Notes: generated from the sequence alone by a model not told the origin. A stretch of 32,000 nucleotides of DNA from Trichodesmium erythraeum IMS101 (GCF_000014265.1 NC_008312.1:6390001-6422000); one strand, 5' to 3'. Counted from the first letter of the stretch, positions 8,909 through 19,385 are shown. Translations and numbers: made by a program.

Positions 8909-9841
8909 ATGACAGAAGACAAAGAAAAATTGATAAGAATTGCCGTTGTCGGAGATATTCACAATCAATGGGAACCTGAAGATGAAATAGCCCTCAAATA
9001 TCTGGGAGTTGATTTAGTACTATTTGTCGGAGACTTTGGTAATGAAGCAGTAGAAATTGTCAGGGAAATTGCTGCTCTTGACATACCTAAAGCAGCTGTT
9101 TTCGGTAATCACGACGCCTGGTATACTGCAACTTCTTGGGGTAGAGAAAAATGTCCTTATGACCTAACTCAAGAAGATAGGGTTCAAGAGCAAATAGATT
9201 TATTTGGAGAAGCCCATGTAGGTTATAGTAAATTGGACTTTCCAGATTTCAACCTGACAGTAGTGGGGACTCGCCCTTTTAGTTGGGGAGGTCCAAAATG
9301 GAAATATCAAGATTTTTATCAAAAACGGTTTGGAGTTAATAGTTTTGAGGAATCTACTGACTTAATGCTAAAAGCCATAGAAAGTGCCCTCCATGAAAAT
9401 GTGATTTTTCTTGGCCATAATGGTCCAACTGGTTTAGGAAATGCTCCCGAAGATCCGGTGGGTCGTGATTGGAAACCTATCGGTGGGGATTTTGGCGATC
9501 CAGACTTTACTGATGCAATAATAGAATCCCGTAAGTTGGGTAAAAACATTCCTCTGGTTGCCTTTGGTCACATGCACCATAAATTACGCCATACTGATAA
9601 GCAGTTACGTAAGTGTGTTGATCTGGATGCTGAAGGGACTTTGTATTTGAATGCAGCAAGTGTACCACGGATTATTGATAATGAAGGCCACAAAAGACGA
9701 AATTTCTCAATTGTATCTATAGAAGCAGGTGTTGTTTCTCAAGTAGCTTTGGTTTGGGTTGGCCATGACTTGACAGTAATTTCTGAAAAAATTTTATATT
9801 ACCCAGCAAAATCTGTTTTTGATCCTGCACAAGTGCTATAA
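8909..9841 (+). CDS. Calcineurin-like metallophosphoesterase
   Basis: 310 aa with the ordered motifs GDIH, GDFGNE, GNHD, GHNGP and GHMH of the metallophosphoesterase fold. Confidence 0.8.
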   Translation: MTEDKEKLIRIAVVGDIHNQWEPEDEIALKYLGVDLVLFVGDFGNEAVEIVREIAALDIPKAAVFGNHDAWYTATSWGREKCPYDLTQEDRVQEQIDLFGEAHVGYSKLDFPDFNLTVVGTRPFSWGGPKWKYQDFYQKRFGVNSFEESTDLMLKAIESALHENVIFLGHNGPTGLGNAPEDPVGRDWKPIGGDFGDPDFTDAIIESRKLGKNIPLVAFGHMHHKLRHTDKQLRKCVDLDAEGTLYLNAASVPRIIDNEGHKRRNFSIVSIEAGVVSQVALVWVGHDLTVISEKILYYPAKSVFDPAQVL

Positions 9842-9950
9842 TAAATATTAGTCAAAATATTATGAATGTCCAAGCTTATTTGGTCAAAAATTCTATATAA
9901 TTTATTTTTGGCTATCTTTAGCTTTATGGCTTTAATTTTTGGCTGATTGA

Positions 9951-10035
9951 GGAGAGGTGGCAGAGTGGTCGAATGCGCTCGACTTGAAATCGAGTGAGGC
10001 GAGAGTCTCCGTGGGTTCGAATCCCACCCTCTCCG
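9951..10035 (+). tRNA. tRNA-Ser (anticodon UGA)
   Basis: Acceptor stem ggagagg/cctctcc. Anticodon stem ctcga/tcgag with loop CTTGAAA (anticodon TGA). Long variable arm (class II). T-arm gtggg-ttcgaat-cccac and discriminator G. No encoded CCA; followed by T7. Confidence 0.95.
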
Positions 10036-10525
10036 TTTTTTTTATGATGTAATTTACCCCATGTTCTAGGTTTACCAAAACCGATGAATCCTGGTTTTCC
10101 ATTCTTCTTCACCGTAAATTTTGATCCCTGTAGAATCTACTATCAAATGAATCCCTTCTGTTATTGGCATAACTGGTATCACTATATTTAATTTCGGGGA
10201 CTCTAAGGGATATCAGTCCTATTTCATGCTCAGGTAAATCTAATCCCATCAAGTGAAAGATAGATTCTATAAATCTTTGTTTTTGTCGTCCTGGGAGTCC
10301 AAATAAACAACTCGAATGCTCTTCGAGATCTAATCTTCTTTTGATTGACCCACTCCCACTGCTTTATTACCTTATAGGGTGAGCCCATATATCAAAGTAC
10401 CTCTTTGTTTTAAGGAAGTATGATACTCCGACCAGTTACTAAGACCTTACTTGGACTTTGATTTGGACTTAGACTTGGACTTAAACTTACTTATATTTAC
10501 TTTTATGCCATGTACTGTCATTTTT
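10036..10525 (-). pseudogene. IS5-family (DDE) transposase relic, N-terminal half only
   Basis: The minus-strand translation gives MTVHGIKVN..KSKSKSKSK*GLSNWSEYHTSLKQRGTL…, then …FHLMGLDLPEHE…IHLIVDSTGIKIYGEEEWKTR…RTWGKLH. Several stops and frameshifts interrupt it. The NWSEYN..L..RG and DSTG.K.YGEGEW motifs are typical of IS5-group transposases. The relic ends abruptly at the 3' end of tRNA-Ser. Confidence 0.65.
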
Positions 10526-10630
10526 ACACTATGGGCATCCGCAGTGCAACAAAGCAAATAACCTGAGTAAATTTTCATTTAACTGTCAAGTCCCCTGAAA
10601 ATTCTTATCAGTGGGATAGACTCCTTTAAT

Positions 10631-12160
10631 TTATTTTTGACTTAAACCATACTTATCTCTCAAAGTATTTCTTGCCTGCTCTCGGTCATCAAAATGAATT
10701 TTTTCTGTACCGAGAATTTGATAATCTTCGTGACCTTTTCCAGCTATTAATACCCCATCTCCAGACTGAGCTTCCATAATAGCAGTACGAATAGCTTCAG
10801 CGCGATCGCTGATAACCAAAGGCTTAACTTCTGGGGATATTCCCTCCAATATATCCTGTAAAATTCTTTCGGGATCTTCAGTGCGAGGGTTATCAGAACT
10901 CACCACAGCTAAATCTGATAACTCAGCAGCAATTTTACCCATTTTGGGTCGCTTAGTACGATCACGATCGCCTCCACAACCAAACACACAAATCATGCGA
11001 CCAGGAATAAAAGGTCGGGCTGCCTTTAACAAATTCTCTAAACTATCAGGAGTATGAGCATAATCAACAATTACACTTACATCCTGGCCCTCAGTAACCT
11101 GTACCCTTTCCATACGACCAGGTACTCCCGGAAAATCTGATAACTGAGTAACCACCATTGACAAATCTAAACCTAAATGCAACGTCGTCCCTACCGCAGC
11201 CAACATATTAGATAAATTGTACTGCCCTACCAATGGCAAACTAAAAATCATCTCCCCCTTGGGAGTATGCAGCATCCCCTTAACTCCTGTCGGCTTATAT
11301 TCCAAATCTGATGCCCATAAATCTGTAGAAGTATCACTCGTGCTATAACTCCAAACCTTTTCTGACTCTAGTCTGGCAATTAACTTTTGGCCATAAGGAT
11401 CATCAGCATTAACTATCGCCCGACCCTTGAGATAGTCAGAACTAAAAAGCCGTGCTTTAGCTTCAAAGTAATCATCCATATCTTTGTGATAGTCCAAATG
11501 GTCTTGCGTCAAATTTGTAAATACCGCCACCTCATAAGTACAACCCCAAACTCGTTTTTGATCTAGAGAATGGGAACTAACTTCCATGATTCCATATTTA
11601 CTCCCTGCTGCTAATGCTTGTGCTAGTTGATTTTGTAATTCCACTGGGAAAGATGTGGTGTAAGCTGCCGTTTTTTGAAATCCTGGCCAACGCATATAAA
11701 GAGTACCAAATAAAGCGGTAGGTAGTTGAGCATTATTCAAGATAAATTCGACTAAATGAGTAGTAGTCGTTTTGCCATTAGTACCAGTGATGCCAACCAT
11801 TTTCATTTTTTGCCCAGGGTAGTCATAGAAAGCAGCAGCAATTTCTGGGCAGGTTTGGCTCATATCCGCAACTGGAATAACACACTCATTTTTAGCTGGA
11901 TGTTTTGTTGCTGCCGAGACTGAAACTATAGCTCCCACTGCGCCATTAGCGATCGCACTTTTCCAGAAATCTCCCCCATCAACACGGGTGCCTGGCATTC
12001 CTAAAAATAAATCCCCTGTTTGACAAGCATGTGAATTTGTCGCCAAACCTTTGATTTCTGTTTCTAAAGCTTGGTAATTATTAGTCAGTGAAATACTTGA
12101 AACTTTTGCTAATAATTCTCTCAATTTCATATTAGGAACTCCAATAGTTTTTGTAGTCAT
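10631..12160 (-). CDS. murE: UDP-N-acetylmuramoyl-L-alanyl-D-glutamate--2,6-diaminopimelate ligase
   Basis: 509 aa with the Mur ligase P-loop GITGTNGKTTT and DNPR in the C-terminal domain (…SSDNPRTEDP), characteristic of meso-DAP-adding MurE. An alternative start is the Met at 12130. Confidence 0.9.
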   Translation of the reverse strand: MTTKTIGVPNMKLRELLAKVSSISLTNNYQALETEIKGLATNSHACQTGDLFLGMPGTRVDGGDFWKSAIANGAVGAIVSVSAATKHPAKNECVIPVADMSQTCPEIAAAFYDYPGQKMKMVGITGTNGKTTTTHLVEFILNNAQLPTALFGTLYMRWPGFQKTAAYTTSFPVELQNQLAQALAAGSKYGIMEVSSHSLDQKRVWGCTYEVAVFTNLTQDHLDYHKDMDDYFEAKARLFSSDYLKGRAIVNADDPYGQKLIARLESEKVWSYSTSDTSTDLWASDLEYKPTGVKGMLHTPKGEMIFSLPLVGQYNLSNMLAAVGTTLHLGLDLSMVVTQLSDFPGVPGRMERVQVTEGQDVSVIVDYAHTPDSLENLLKAARPFIPGRMICVFGCGGDRDRTKRPKMGKIAAELSDLAVVSSDNPRTEDPERILQDILEGISPEVKPLVISDRAEAIRTAIMEAQSGDGVLIAGKGHEDYQILGTEKIHFDDREQARNTLRDKYGLSQK

Positions 12161-12323
12161 ACCAATTCACCTTAAAGATATCACAATTTGATTTCTGTTT
12201 CTAAAGCTTGGTAATTATTAGTCAGTGAAATACTTGAAACTTTTGCTAATAATTCTCTCAATTTCATATTAGGAACTCCAATAGTTTTTGTAGTCATACC
12301 AATTCACTTTAAAGATATCACAA
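12050..12323. repeat. Tandem duplication, 2 x 137 bp, spanning the murE start
   Basis: 12050-12186 and 12187-12323 differ at one base (caccttaaag vs cactttaaag). The unit contains the first 37 murE codons plus 26 nt of leader. Confidence 0.95.
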
Positions 12324-12569
12324 ATAGTGTCTCACTTGAAAAGCTCAAATAATTTTCTAAAGTTACTGTCAAATCAAAGTTATAAACTTGTGAGATCTTA
12401 ATGCATGACTTAAGAATTTCCAATACATGACTTCCGTTTACTGAGTGCTAACTGCTTCAAATATCTACCATTTATATCATATCTCTTTGAATACCCACCC
12501 CACCGTCTGTGGAAAAATTTTAGCCAATTGGGAACTGGGAGCAATTGATGTAAGAAAAATATTTTTATT

Positions 12570-12715
12570 AGAGTTGTTTCCTATGGGAAAGTTAAAAGTA
12601 TTCAAAAATTTATAGGGTAAATTTTTCATGATTAAAATTCTGAAAAACACCTTTAAACCTAAACTTACTTGTTTTAAGTTTTAGCCATTTTTGGGGCTTA
12701 ATTCCCAACAACTCT
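12570..12715 (+). mobile_element. MITE-like element, copy A (~146 bp)
   Basis: Terminal inverted repeats agagttgtt…/…aacaactct. Internal blocks shared with copies B-E (…ttttagccatttttggggcttaattcccaacaactct). Confidence 0.75.
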
Positions 12716-12829
12716 ATTGTAGCTAATTAATCAGACTTGATATTACACTTTCTTGATATTAAACTTTTGATTTATTCAACAAATGACCCTGAATAATCAT
12801 TAAGATTTTTTGTCATCCATAGCAAAAAA

Positions 12830-13105
12830 TTACAAATATTTTTGTAACATTTGTTGCAATTTTCTCACCGGCATTCGAGGAGAGGGACGTGGTATAAGCT
12901 TTTCAGTTGTTGTATCTGTCTGAGATACACAAAGTACAGGTACTTCATATTGATAAGCTTGAAACCAGTCATCACGGGTGGTAATATCTCTAACCTCTAG
13001 CTTAAATTGACAGGGGTTTTCGGGGTCTTTCAGTATTTCTTCAAGTTTTTCTTGAAGTCCTTCACAAAGGTGACAGCCTGGTTTGCTGTATAGTATCAGG
13101 TTCAT
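12830..13105 (-). CDS. Glutaredoxin-like (thioredoxin-fold) small protein
   Basis: 91 aa with N-terminal LILYSKPGCHLCEG (CxxC in a beta-alpha thioredoxin-fold context) and the conserved YEVPVL block. Confidence 0.75.
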   Translation of the reverse strand: MNLILYSKPGCHLCEGLQEKLEEILKDPENPCQFKLEVRDITTRDDWFQAYQYEVPVLCVSQTDTTTEKLIPRPSPRMPVRKLQQMLQKYL

Positions 13106-13134
13106 AATTTACTAAAAATTTTGAAAAATCTATT

Positions 13135-13276
13135 AGAGTTGTTGGGAATTAAACAAAAAAAATGGCTAAAACCCAAAACAAGTTCATGTTTAAGCATGCT
13201 TTGAAGAATTAAAATACTCAAAACCATCAAGAGTAAACTTTTGAGCATTTTTAATTTTCTCACATCAAGCAACTCT
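13135..13276 (-). mobile_element. MITE-like element, copy B (~142 bp, inverted relative to A)
   Basis: agagttgttgggaattaaac…aatggctaaaaccc…ttgagcatttttaattttctcac…gcaactct. The reverse complement aligns along its length with copies A, D and E. Confidence 0.75.
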
Positions 13277-13306
13277 GTTATATTTATTTAATTACCAGAG
13301 TTGTTG

Positions 13307-13440
13307 AGAATTAACCCACAAAAAATGGCTAAAACCCAAAATCAATCTAGGTTTAAGCATGAAGATTGAGTATTAAAATAATGAAAAGCTTATAGAGTAA
13401 GCTTTTGAGGCTCTTTAATTTTCCCACACCAAACAACTCT
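13307..13440 (-). mobile_element. MITE-like element, copy C (~134 bp)
   Basis: agagttgttgagaattaaccc…aatggctaaaaccc…ttttcccacaccaaacaactct. Same family and orientation as B, 30 bp away from it. Confidence 0.75.
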
Positions 13441-14716
13441 ATTATATAATCCTTATTTTAAATTCATACTTTTTCCATTTATTGAATCTTCCGATAAAAT
13501 GCAGAAACTGTCTGAGTCATCATATAAAAAAATCCTTAGTTGGGAAACTCCCTAGTCACGTCCTTGTTTTTTTAACCATAAAAAAATTAGTTATCACTCC
13601 AGTTTTTTCTAGAAAAGAAGCGATCGCCATAGTCAAAAAAGACATATTGAACATCCCTCCCAATTAAAAAACCCTCAAATATACTTCTTAGCTTGCTGAG
13701 ATTATGTATCCAAGGTATAGATGTAACTACTATAGCTATTTGTGCTAAAAATTTACTTATTTTTTATTCAAAGTATCAACAATATCCCCAAAGGCACTAG
13801 TTGTAGTATAAACATCTCAAATAATTACCAAAAACAAACCTTATGTAGCTATACCGCCTAAGTTTTGGGTATTTACTCTTCCTGAATATATCTTTGCAAT
13901 TATCTATTAGATTTTCCATTTTTTCTAAGACTCCTTCACCTGTTTATCTTTGAAATAGTAATCAAGTTCAGTACTCAAGCATCTTATATAATAGACCTAC
14001 CAACAATTTTTCAAATCCTACATAGTAATAGTAAATAGGTATGAACAACAAGAGCAAGGGTAAAATATATTCCCATTGACCCCACCCAAAGATTCAAATA
14101 ACTACAGATTTTTCAAATCTAGTTAGAAACCGTTACTCTTAAATTTCTTTACTTTAATTATATTTGCTTTTGGCGGAGCATTCCCTCAACGAAGAGCTGG
14201 GAGCCACTTAAATTTAGAAGTAATTAACTTATTATTTTCGTTTTCTCTAAGACCTTATTTTTAATATTTAACTTAATTTCATAATACAGCAGTAGTTTAG
14301 CAATTCAAACTAGCTTGGTCAAGAATATTAGGTTTAGCTTAAAAATACCGAATTAAAATCCAACTTTGGCTAAATTATCACTAATTTTATCATTCTACTC
14401 AAATTACCAAAAATGATATTTTGACCAAAAAAAACAAGGTCTCAAGCCTACTTTTTAAGATTCGGAAAAAAAATAAACTTCAGTATTTTAATCTTAATAC
14501 TGAACACTGCATTATACTTAGTAATTAATAACTAAAACTACTTTAAATAGATAATATAAAGATTGTAACACAAAATCTTATCTATGGCAAAGGTTGTAAT
14601 TTTTTTAAATACCCTCTTACTAAAATTGATTTGGTATAATGCATTCATAAATGTCTTAATTTAAAAGACTTAGTTCCTCACAAACTTTTCCATTATTAAA
14701 AGAGGTTTAATAATAT

Positions 14717-15670
14717 ATGAAGTTGAATTTATGGCCAAATCATCCTTTTTTCAGATATTCGCTCTTTTTTTACTTACTCTTATCTATCAGTACAATCACT
14801 GTTAGTTGTACTTCAATTTTACCTCCGCTATTACCTGAACCAGACCCACAGAATCCCACTAATCTCTATTCTAGCGAGCCTTTACAGGTAGCAGTGCTGC
14901 CTTGGCAAAGTCCCGAAGGGCAGCAAGAAAAATTACAACCTTTAGCTGAACATCTAGAAACTCTTCTCAAACGCCCAGTTAATTTCCAAATCACGAAAAA
15001 TTACGCAGAAGCAGTGGATTTGATTGTTAAAGAAGAGGTAGATATGGCATATTTGGCAGCTCTTACCTATATCAAAGCTAAAGAACGTAATCCCAATATT
15101 AGACCCTTAGTTATGCCCATAAACAGAATTAGTGGCCGACCTTGGTATACTAGTGTAATTATTGCTAATACTACCAAAAATATTAAAACTCTGGAAGATT
15201 TAAAAGGTAAACGTTTTGCTTTTGTTAGTCCATCTTCTACTTCTGGTTTCCTCATACCCATGAATGGTTTGGAAACTGCAGGTATAAATCCTACAAGAGA
15301 CTTTTCTAAAATTCGTTACTCTGGCAGTCACGATAAAGCAACACAAGATTTAGTAGATGGTGTTGTAGATGCAGTCACTAACGATAAAGCCTCTTTCCTG
15401 CGGAGTCAAAAATCAGGAAAACTAGATGCTAATTACAAAATTATCTGGGAGTCAAACCCTATACCTGCACCTCCCATAGTTATCAATGCGAAGAAGTTTA
15501 CACCCCAAATGATCGTTCAATTGCAAGAAATCTTGATCGATGCTCCCATAGGTGTTGTAGATGTAAGTGGTACTGAATCTAATGGTTATACTTTGGGTCA
15601 GGACGCAGACTTTGAGGAGATACGACAAATCTATACCCGTCTCAAGTATACAAAAGTGGCGGAAAAATGA
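14717..15670 (+). CDS. PhnD-family periplasmic substrate-binding lipoprotein
   Basis: 317 aa with signal peptide and lipobox (ITVSC). PhnD/phosphonate-binding-like blocks (YAEAVDLIV…[29 protein letters not shown]). The stop overlaps the next gene's start (ATGA). Confidence 0.75.
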   Translation: MKLNLWPNHPFFRYSLFFYLLLSISTITVSCTSILPPLLPEPDPQNPTNLYSSEPLQVAVLPWQSPEGQQEKLQPLAEHLETLLKRPVNFQITKNYAEAVDLIVKEEVDMAYLAALTYIKAKERNPNIRPLVMPINRISGRPWYTSVIIANTTKNIKTLEDLKGKRFAFVSPSSTSGFLIPMNGLETAGINPTRDFSKIRYSGSHDKATQDLVDGVVDAVTNDKASFLRSQKSGKLDANYKIIWESNPIPAPPIVINAKKFTPQMIVQLQEILIDAPIGVVDVSGTESNGYTLGQDADFEEIRQIYTRLKYTKVAEK

Positions 15671-17919
15671 AGATTCTAACTAAATTTATCCTTTCGACAT
15701 CAATTTCTTTGGGATTAGTAACTTCTTTACTCGGAGTTAGTAGACTTTTGATTGGAAGGACAGAAAAATCCATAGAGAAAGCCCGCAATCATACTAATCA
15801 AGCAGTTTATATAACTCATGCACTTATGCTTTCTCTAGAAACACAAACTTCCTTCCTGAAAGACTATCTTTTGTTTAATCGTGGTGTTTTTTATCTGAAT
15901 AGCTATCAGCAAGAGAAATTAAAGTTTTTGGCTAGTTTGGAAAAGATAAAAGAGCTAATACCAGAATCTCAAAAAACCGAAGTGGTAGGCCGCCGTTATC
16001 AACTTCTTGTACGCCTAGCTAATGAGATTATAAACAATCAAGATTATTCTACTTCTAGTATCAAGCAAGATATCAAAGCGATCAAGTCATTTGGGGGTGA
16101 TATTCGGCTGTTTCTCAGCTTCTTGTTGGAGGAAGTCAGGGTAAAAAATGACCAGAGCCAACAATTTGCGATCCAATTTAAGCAAAATGCAGCTATTTTA
16201 ACCTACTGTTTAATTTTGGTAGTTTTACTGATTTTTATTGGTGAGTTTTACCTAACATTGTTACCAGTAATTCGTTCAATTCAAACCCTGAAAACTGCCG
16301 CCACCAAATTAGATATCGGTACTTTAAATTATCATTTGGATATTCAGACTGGTGATGAAATCCAGCAAATAGCTCAACAATTTAACCAAATGGCAGTTAA
16401 ATTAGCTAATTCTTACTATTCTTTAGATTTTTTAGAACAGAAGCGACAAGTTGCAGATGCAGCCAATAAGGCAAAAAGTGAATTTTTAGCTAATATGAGC
16501 CATGAACTCCGTACCCCTCTCAACGGGATTCTGGGTTACACTGAAATCCTGAGTCGTTCGGAAGCCTGGGGAGAAAAAGAAAAAAAAGGGATTGATATCA
16601 TTCATCAATGTGGTTCTCACCTACTCACTCTGATTAATGATATCCTGGATATCTCTAAAATTGAAGCCCGTAAACTAGAATTGCAACCCCAAGCGATTCA
16701 TCTACCATCTTTTCTTCAAGGAATTGGGGAAATTATTTGTATTCGGACAGAAAAAAAAGGCGTTGATTTTGTTTACCTACCAGATGCGAATTTACCCGAA
16801 GGCATTGTAACCGATCCTAAAAGATTGCGTCAGGTATTGATTAATTTACTAGGAAATGCTGCTAAGTTTACTGAAAAGGGTCAAGTGACATTTAAGGTAA
16901 GAATTATTGATTCTATGGCAGAACAAAAAAAAGATAAAGCTCAAATACCTCAAGATAATGTCAGACTCAGTTTTCAGATTAAAGATACAGGTATTGGCAT
17001 AAGTCCAGATTCTTTAGAAAAAATTTTCCAACCCTTTGAACAGGTTGGTGAGGGTAAACGACACTCTGAAGGGACTGGATTAGGACTTACTATTACTGAT
17101 AATATTCTCAGTCTTATGGGTAGCAATATTCAAGTGAAAAGTGAGTTAGGAGTCGGCAGTACTTTTACTTTTGAGATTGATTTTCCCTTAGCACTAGAGT
17201 GGCAAGATCAGGTTATCACTGACACTAAAAAGCAATTAATTGGTTATGAAGGGGATTTACAAACTTTGTTAGTTGTCGATAATAAGTGGGAAAACCGCTC
17301 GGTAATTGTTAACTTACTCGAACCGCTCAAATTTAATGTTATTGAAGCAGAAAACGGGGAAGATGGTTTGAATAAGGCTAATAAATTTCGACCTAACTTA
17401 ATTATTACTGATTTGATGATGCCAGTAATGGATGGATATGAGTTTATGAAGCACATTAGAACATCGGAAATACTTAAGCCAATTCCGGTAATTGTCTCTT
17501 CTGCATCAGTTATATCAACAGTTAGACAGAAGAGTTTGGATGCTGGTGGGGATGGTTTTCTAGAAAAACCTGTTGGATCAGATGAATTATTTAAGCTACT
17601 ACAAGAACACTTACAGATTACTTGGAAATATGAATCTATTCTTACTCCTGGTTCTAGTGATTTGCAACATCAACAAAATAGCAGGAAGCAAAAAACTACT
17701 GCTGTAGATGTATTACCCCCACTAGTAGTTCTAGAAGACTTATTTCAACTTGCTCAACAAGGTAGATTGAAAAAGTTAGTAGCAGTAGCTCAAGAGTTAG
17801 AAAAAGAGAACCAAGAATATGGGGCTTTTGTCGATCATATTGTTCAGCAAGCTAAAGATTTTGAAATTAAAAAAATTACAATCTTTATTCAAGAATCTTT
17901 AGAAAAATCAAATAATTAA
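15667..17919 (+). CDS. Hybrid sensor histidine kinase/response regulator
   Basis: 750 aa: two TM helices flanking a ~150-aa helical periplasmic region, then a HAMP-like segment. H-box [15 protein letters not shown] box LGNAAKFT, G boxes DTGIGI and GTGLGL. REC domain (LLVVDN…[11 protein letters not shown]…KP) and a ~95-aa C-terminal tail. Confidence 0.9.
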   Translation: MKILTKFILSTSISLGLVTSLLGVSRLLIGRTEKSIEKARNHTNQAVYITHALMLSLETQTSFLKDYLLFNRGVFYLNSYQQEKLKFLASLEKIKELIPESQKTEVVGRRYQLLVRLANEIINNQDYSTSSIKQDIKAIKSFGGDIRLFLSFLLEEVRVKNDQSQQFAIQFKQNAAILTYCLILVVLLIFIGEFYLTLLPVIRSIQTLKTAATKLDIGTLNYHLDIQTGDEIQQIAQQFNQMAVKLANSYYSLDFLEQKRQVADAANKAKSEFLANMSHELRTPLNGILGYTEILSRSEAWGEKEKKGIDIIHQCGSHLLTLINDILDISKIEARKLELQPQAIHLPSFLQGIGEIICIRTEKKGVDFVYLPDANLPEGIVTDPKRLRQVLINLLGNAAKFTEKGQVTFKVRIIDSMAEQKKDKAQIPQDNVRLSFQIKDTGIGISPDSLEKIFQPFEQVGEGKRHSEGTGLGLTITDNILSLMGSNIQVKSELGVGSTFTFEIDFPLALEWQDQVITDTKKQLIGYEGDLQTLLVVDNKWENRSVIVNLLEPLKFNVIEAENGEDGLNKANKFRPNLIITDLMMPVMDGYEFMKHIRTSEILKPIPVIVSSASVISTVRQKSLDAGGDGFLEKPVGSDELFKLLQEHLQITWKYESILTPGSSDLQHQQNSRKQKTTAVDVLPPLVVLEDLFQLAQQGRLKKLVAVAQELEKENQEYGAFVDHIVQQAKDFEIKKITIFIQESLEKSNN

Positions 17920-18062
17920 GGGCTCAACTGGATGCAACTTTTCCTAACAAGTGGAAATTGAGGCAGTTATGAAATGAACCTTTTCAGCTTTATACTGAGA
18001 AACAGTTATATTTTTTGATCAAGTTATACATCATATAATAATAATATTTAAACTGATAAATT

Positions 18063-19385
18063 ATGGACCATTCAGATTTAATTTTAGTAGTAGATGATAC
18101 TCCTGCAAACTTAGCAGTTCTTTCAGAAGCTTTAAGTGATGCTGACTTTGAAGTGGCTATCGCCACAGATGGTGAATTAGCTATTACTCAAGCAAAATTA
18201 AGTTTACCCAGCTTGATTCTTCTTGATGTAATGATGCCTGGTATTGATGGTTTTGAAACTTGTCGCCGTTTCAAAGCTTGTAACATCACTAAAAATATAC
18301 CCATAATTTTTATGACTGCTCTTAGTGATTGTATTGATAAAGTTAAGGGACTTAGTTTAGGAGCAGTTGATTATGTGACTAAGCCATTTCAAGAAGCAGA
18401 ATTAATTGCCCGTGTGAAAACACAGTTAAAGTTGTACCACCTTACTGAAAACTTAGAACAGAAAGTAGCCGAACGTACAGTAGAACTAGAGCAAGCTTTA
18501 GAGCAGGTGAAGGAGTCACAATCACAGTTAATCCAATCAGAAAAAATGGCAGCTCTAGGACGCTTAGTTGCAGGAGTTGCCCATGAAATTAATAACCCTC
18601 TTAACTTTATTTATGCTAATCTCAATTATATGGAGGAATATACTACAATATTCTTGGATTTTCTAAAGCTCTATGAAAAAAACTACCCAAATCCTATTGA
18701 TGAAATTAAAACGCAAGCTGAAGATATAAACTTAGAGTTTATCCGCTCAGATGTACTTCAAACCCTCGCGTCTATGAAAATAGGTGCTGAACGTATCCGA
18801 GAAATAGTATTGTCGCTGCGAAATTTTTCTCGTACAGATAAAGCTGAATTCAAACCCGTTGATATTCATGAGGGTATTGAGAGCACCCTAAGGATTTTAC
18901 AACATCGCTTTAAGGTTCAACCTCAAGGGATAGAGATTCAAATAATCCGAGAATATGAGAAACTACCTCTTGTAGAATGCTCCTATGGCCAAATTAACCA
19001 AGTATTTATGAATATTCTGGTAAATGCCATTGATAGCTTAGAAGAAGCCAATACCAACCTTGCATACGAACAAACCCAGGATAGACCTAGTTCTAATCAA
19101 ATCATAATTAGTACATCTGTAATTGACCCAGAATTAGTACAAATAACTATCACAGATAATGGTTGTGGTATCCCAGAAAATATTAAAAAGTATATTTTTG
19201 ATCCATTCTTTACAACAAAACCTATAGGTAAAGGGACAGGTATGGGTTTGTCTATCAGCTATCAAATCATTACAGAAAAACATCAGGGTCAACTCAAATG
19301 TTTTTCAAAAGCTGGACAGGGAACAAAATTTCTCATTCAAATCCCAATCCATCAGCCTACGATCCTAAAGCACAAGAAAGGGTGA
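18063..19385 (+). CDS. Response-regulator-receiver-fused histidine kinase
   Basis: 440 aa: N-terminal REC ([10 protein letters not shown]…[11 protein letters not shown]…KP), a coiled-coil linker, H-box [12 protein letters not shown] box LVNAIDS, and G boxes DNGCGI and GTGMGLS. Confidence 0.9.
   Translation: MDHSDLILVVDDTPANLAVLSEALSDADFEVAIATDGELAITQAKLSLPSLILLDVMMPGIDGFETCRRFKACNITKNIPIIFMTALSDCIDKVKGLSLGAVDYVTKPFQEAELIARVKTQLKLYHLTENLEQKVAERTVELEQALEQVKESQSQLIQSEKMAALGRLVAGVAHEINNPLNFIYANLNYMEEYTTIFLDFLKLYEKNYPNPIDEIKTQAEDINLEFIRSDVLQTLASMKIGAERIREIVLSLRNFSRTDKAEFKPVDIHEGIESTLRILQHRFKVQPQGIEIQIIREYEKLPLVECSYGQINQVFMNILVNAIDSLEEANTNLAYEQTQDRPSSNQIIISTSVIDPELVQITITDNGCGIPENIKKYIFDPFFTTKPIGKGTGMGLSISYQIITEKHQGQLKCFSKAGQGTKFLIQIPIHQPTILKHKKG

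Noticed and set aside
9924-10112. 62-aa minus-strand ORF
   Set aside because: It overlaps tRNA-Ser on the opposite strand. Its 5' part is simply the last in-frame piece of the IS5-like transposase relic (…GKPRTWGKLH…).
13482-13667. 61-aa plus-strand ORF (TTG start)
   Set aside because: Non-canonical start without an SD sequence and a Lys/Ile-rich translation of AT-rich spacer. A competing mini-ORF lies on the other strand, and neither is supported.
14668-14684. Yfr1-like sRNA motif (gttcctcacaaac) in the SBP gene leader
   Set aside because: It is only a partial match to the ACUCCUCACAC core as I remember it, and it lacks the flanking stem-loops.
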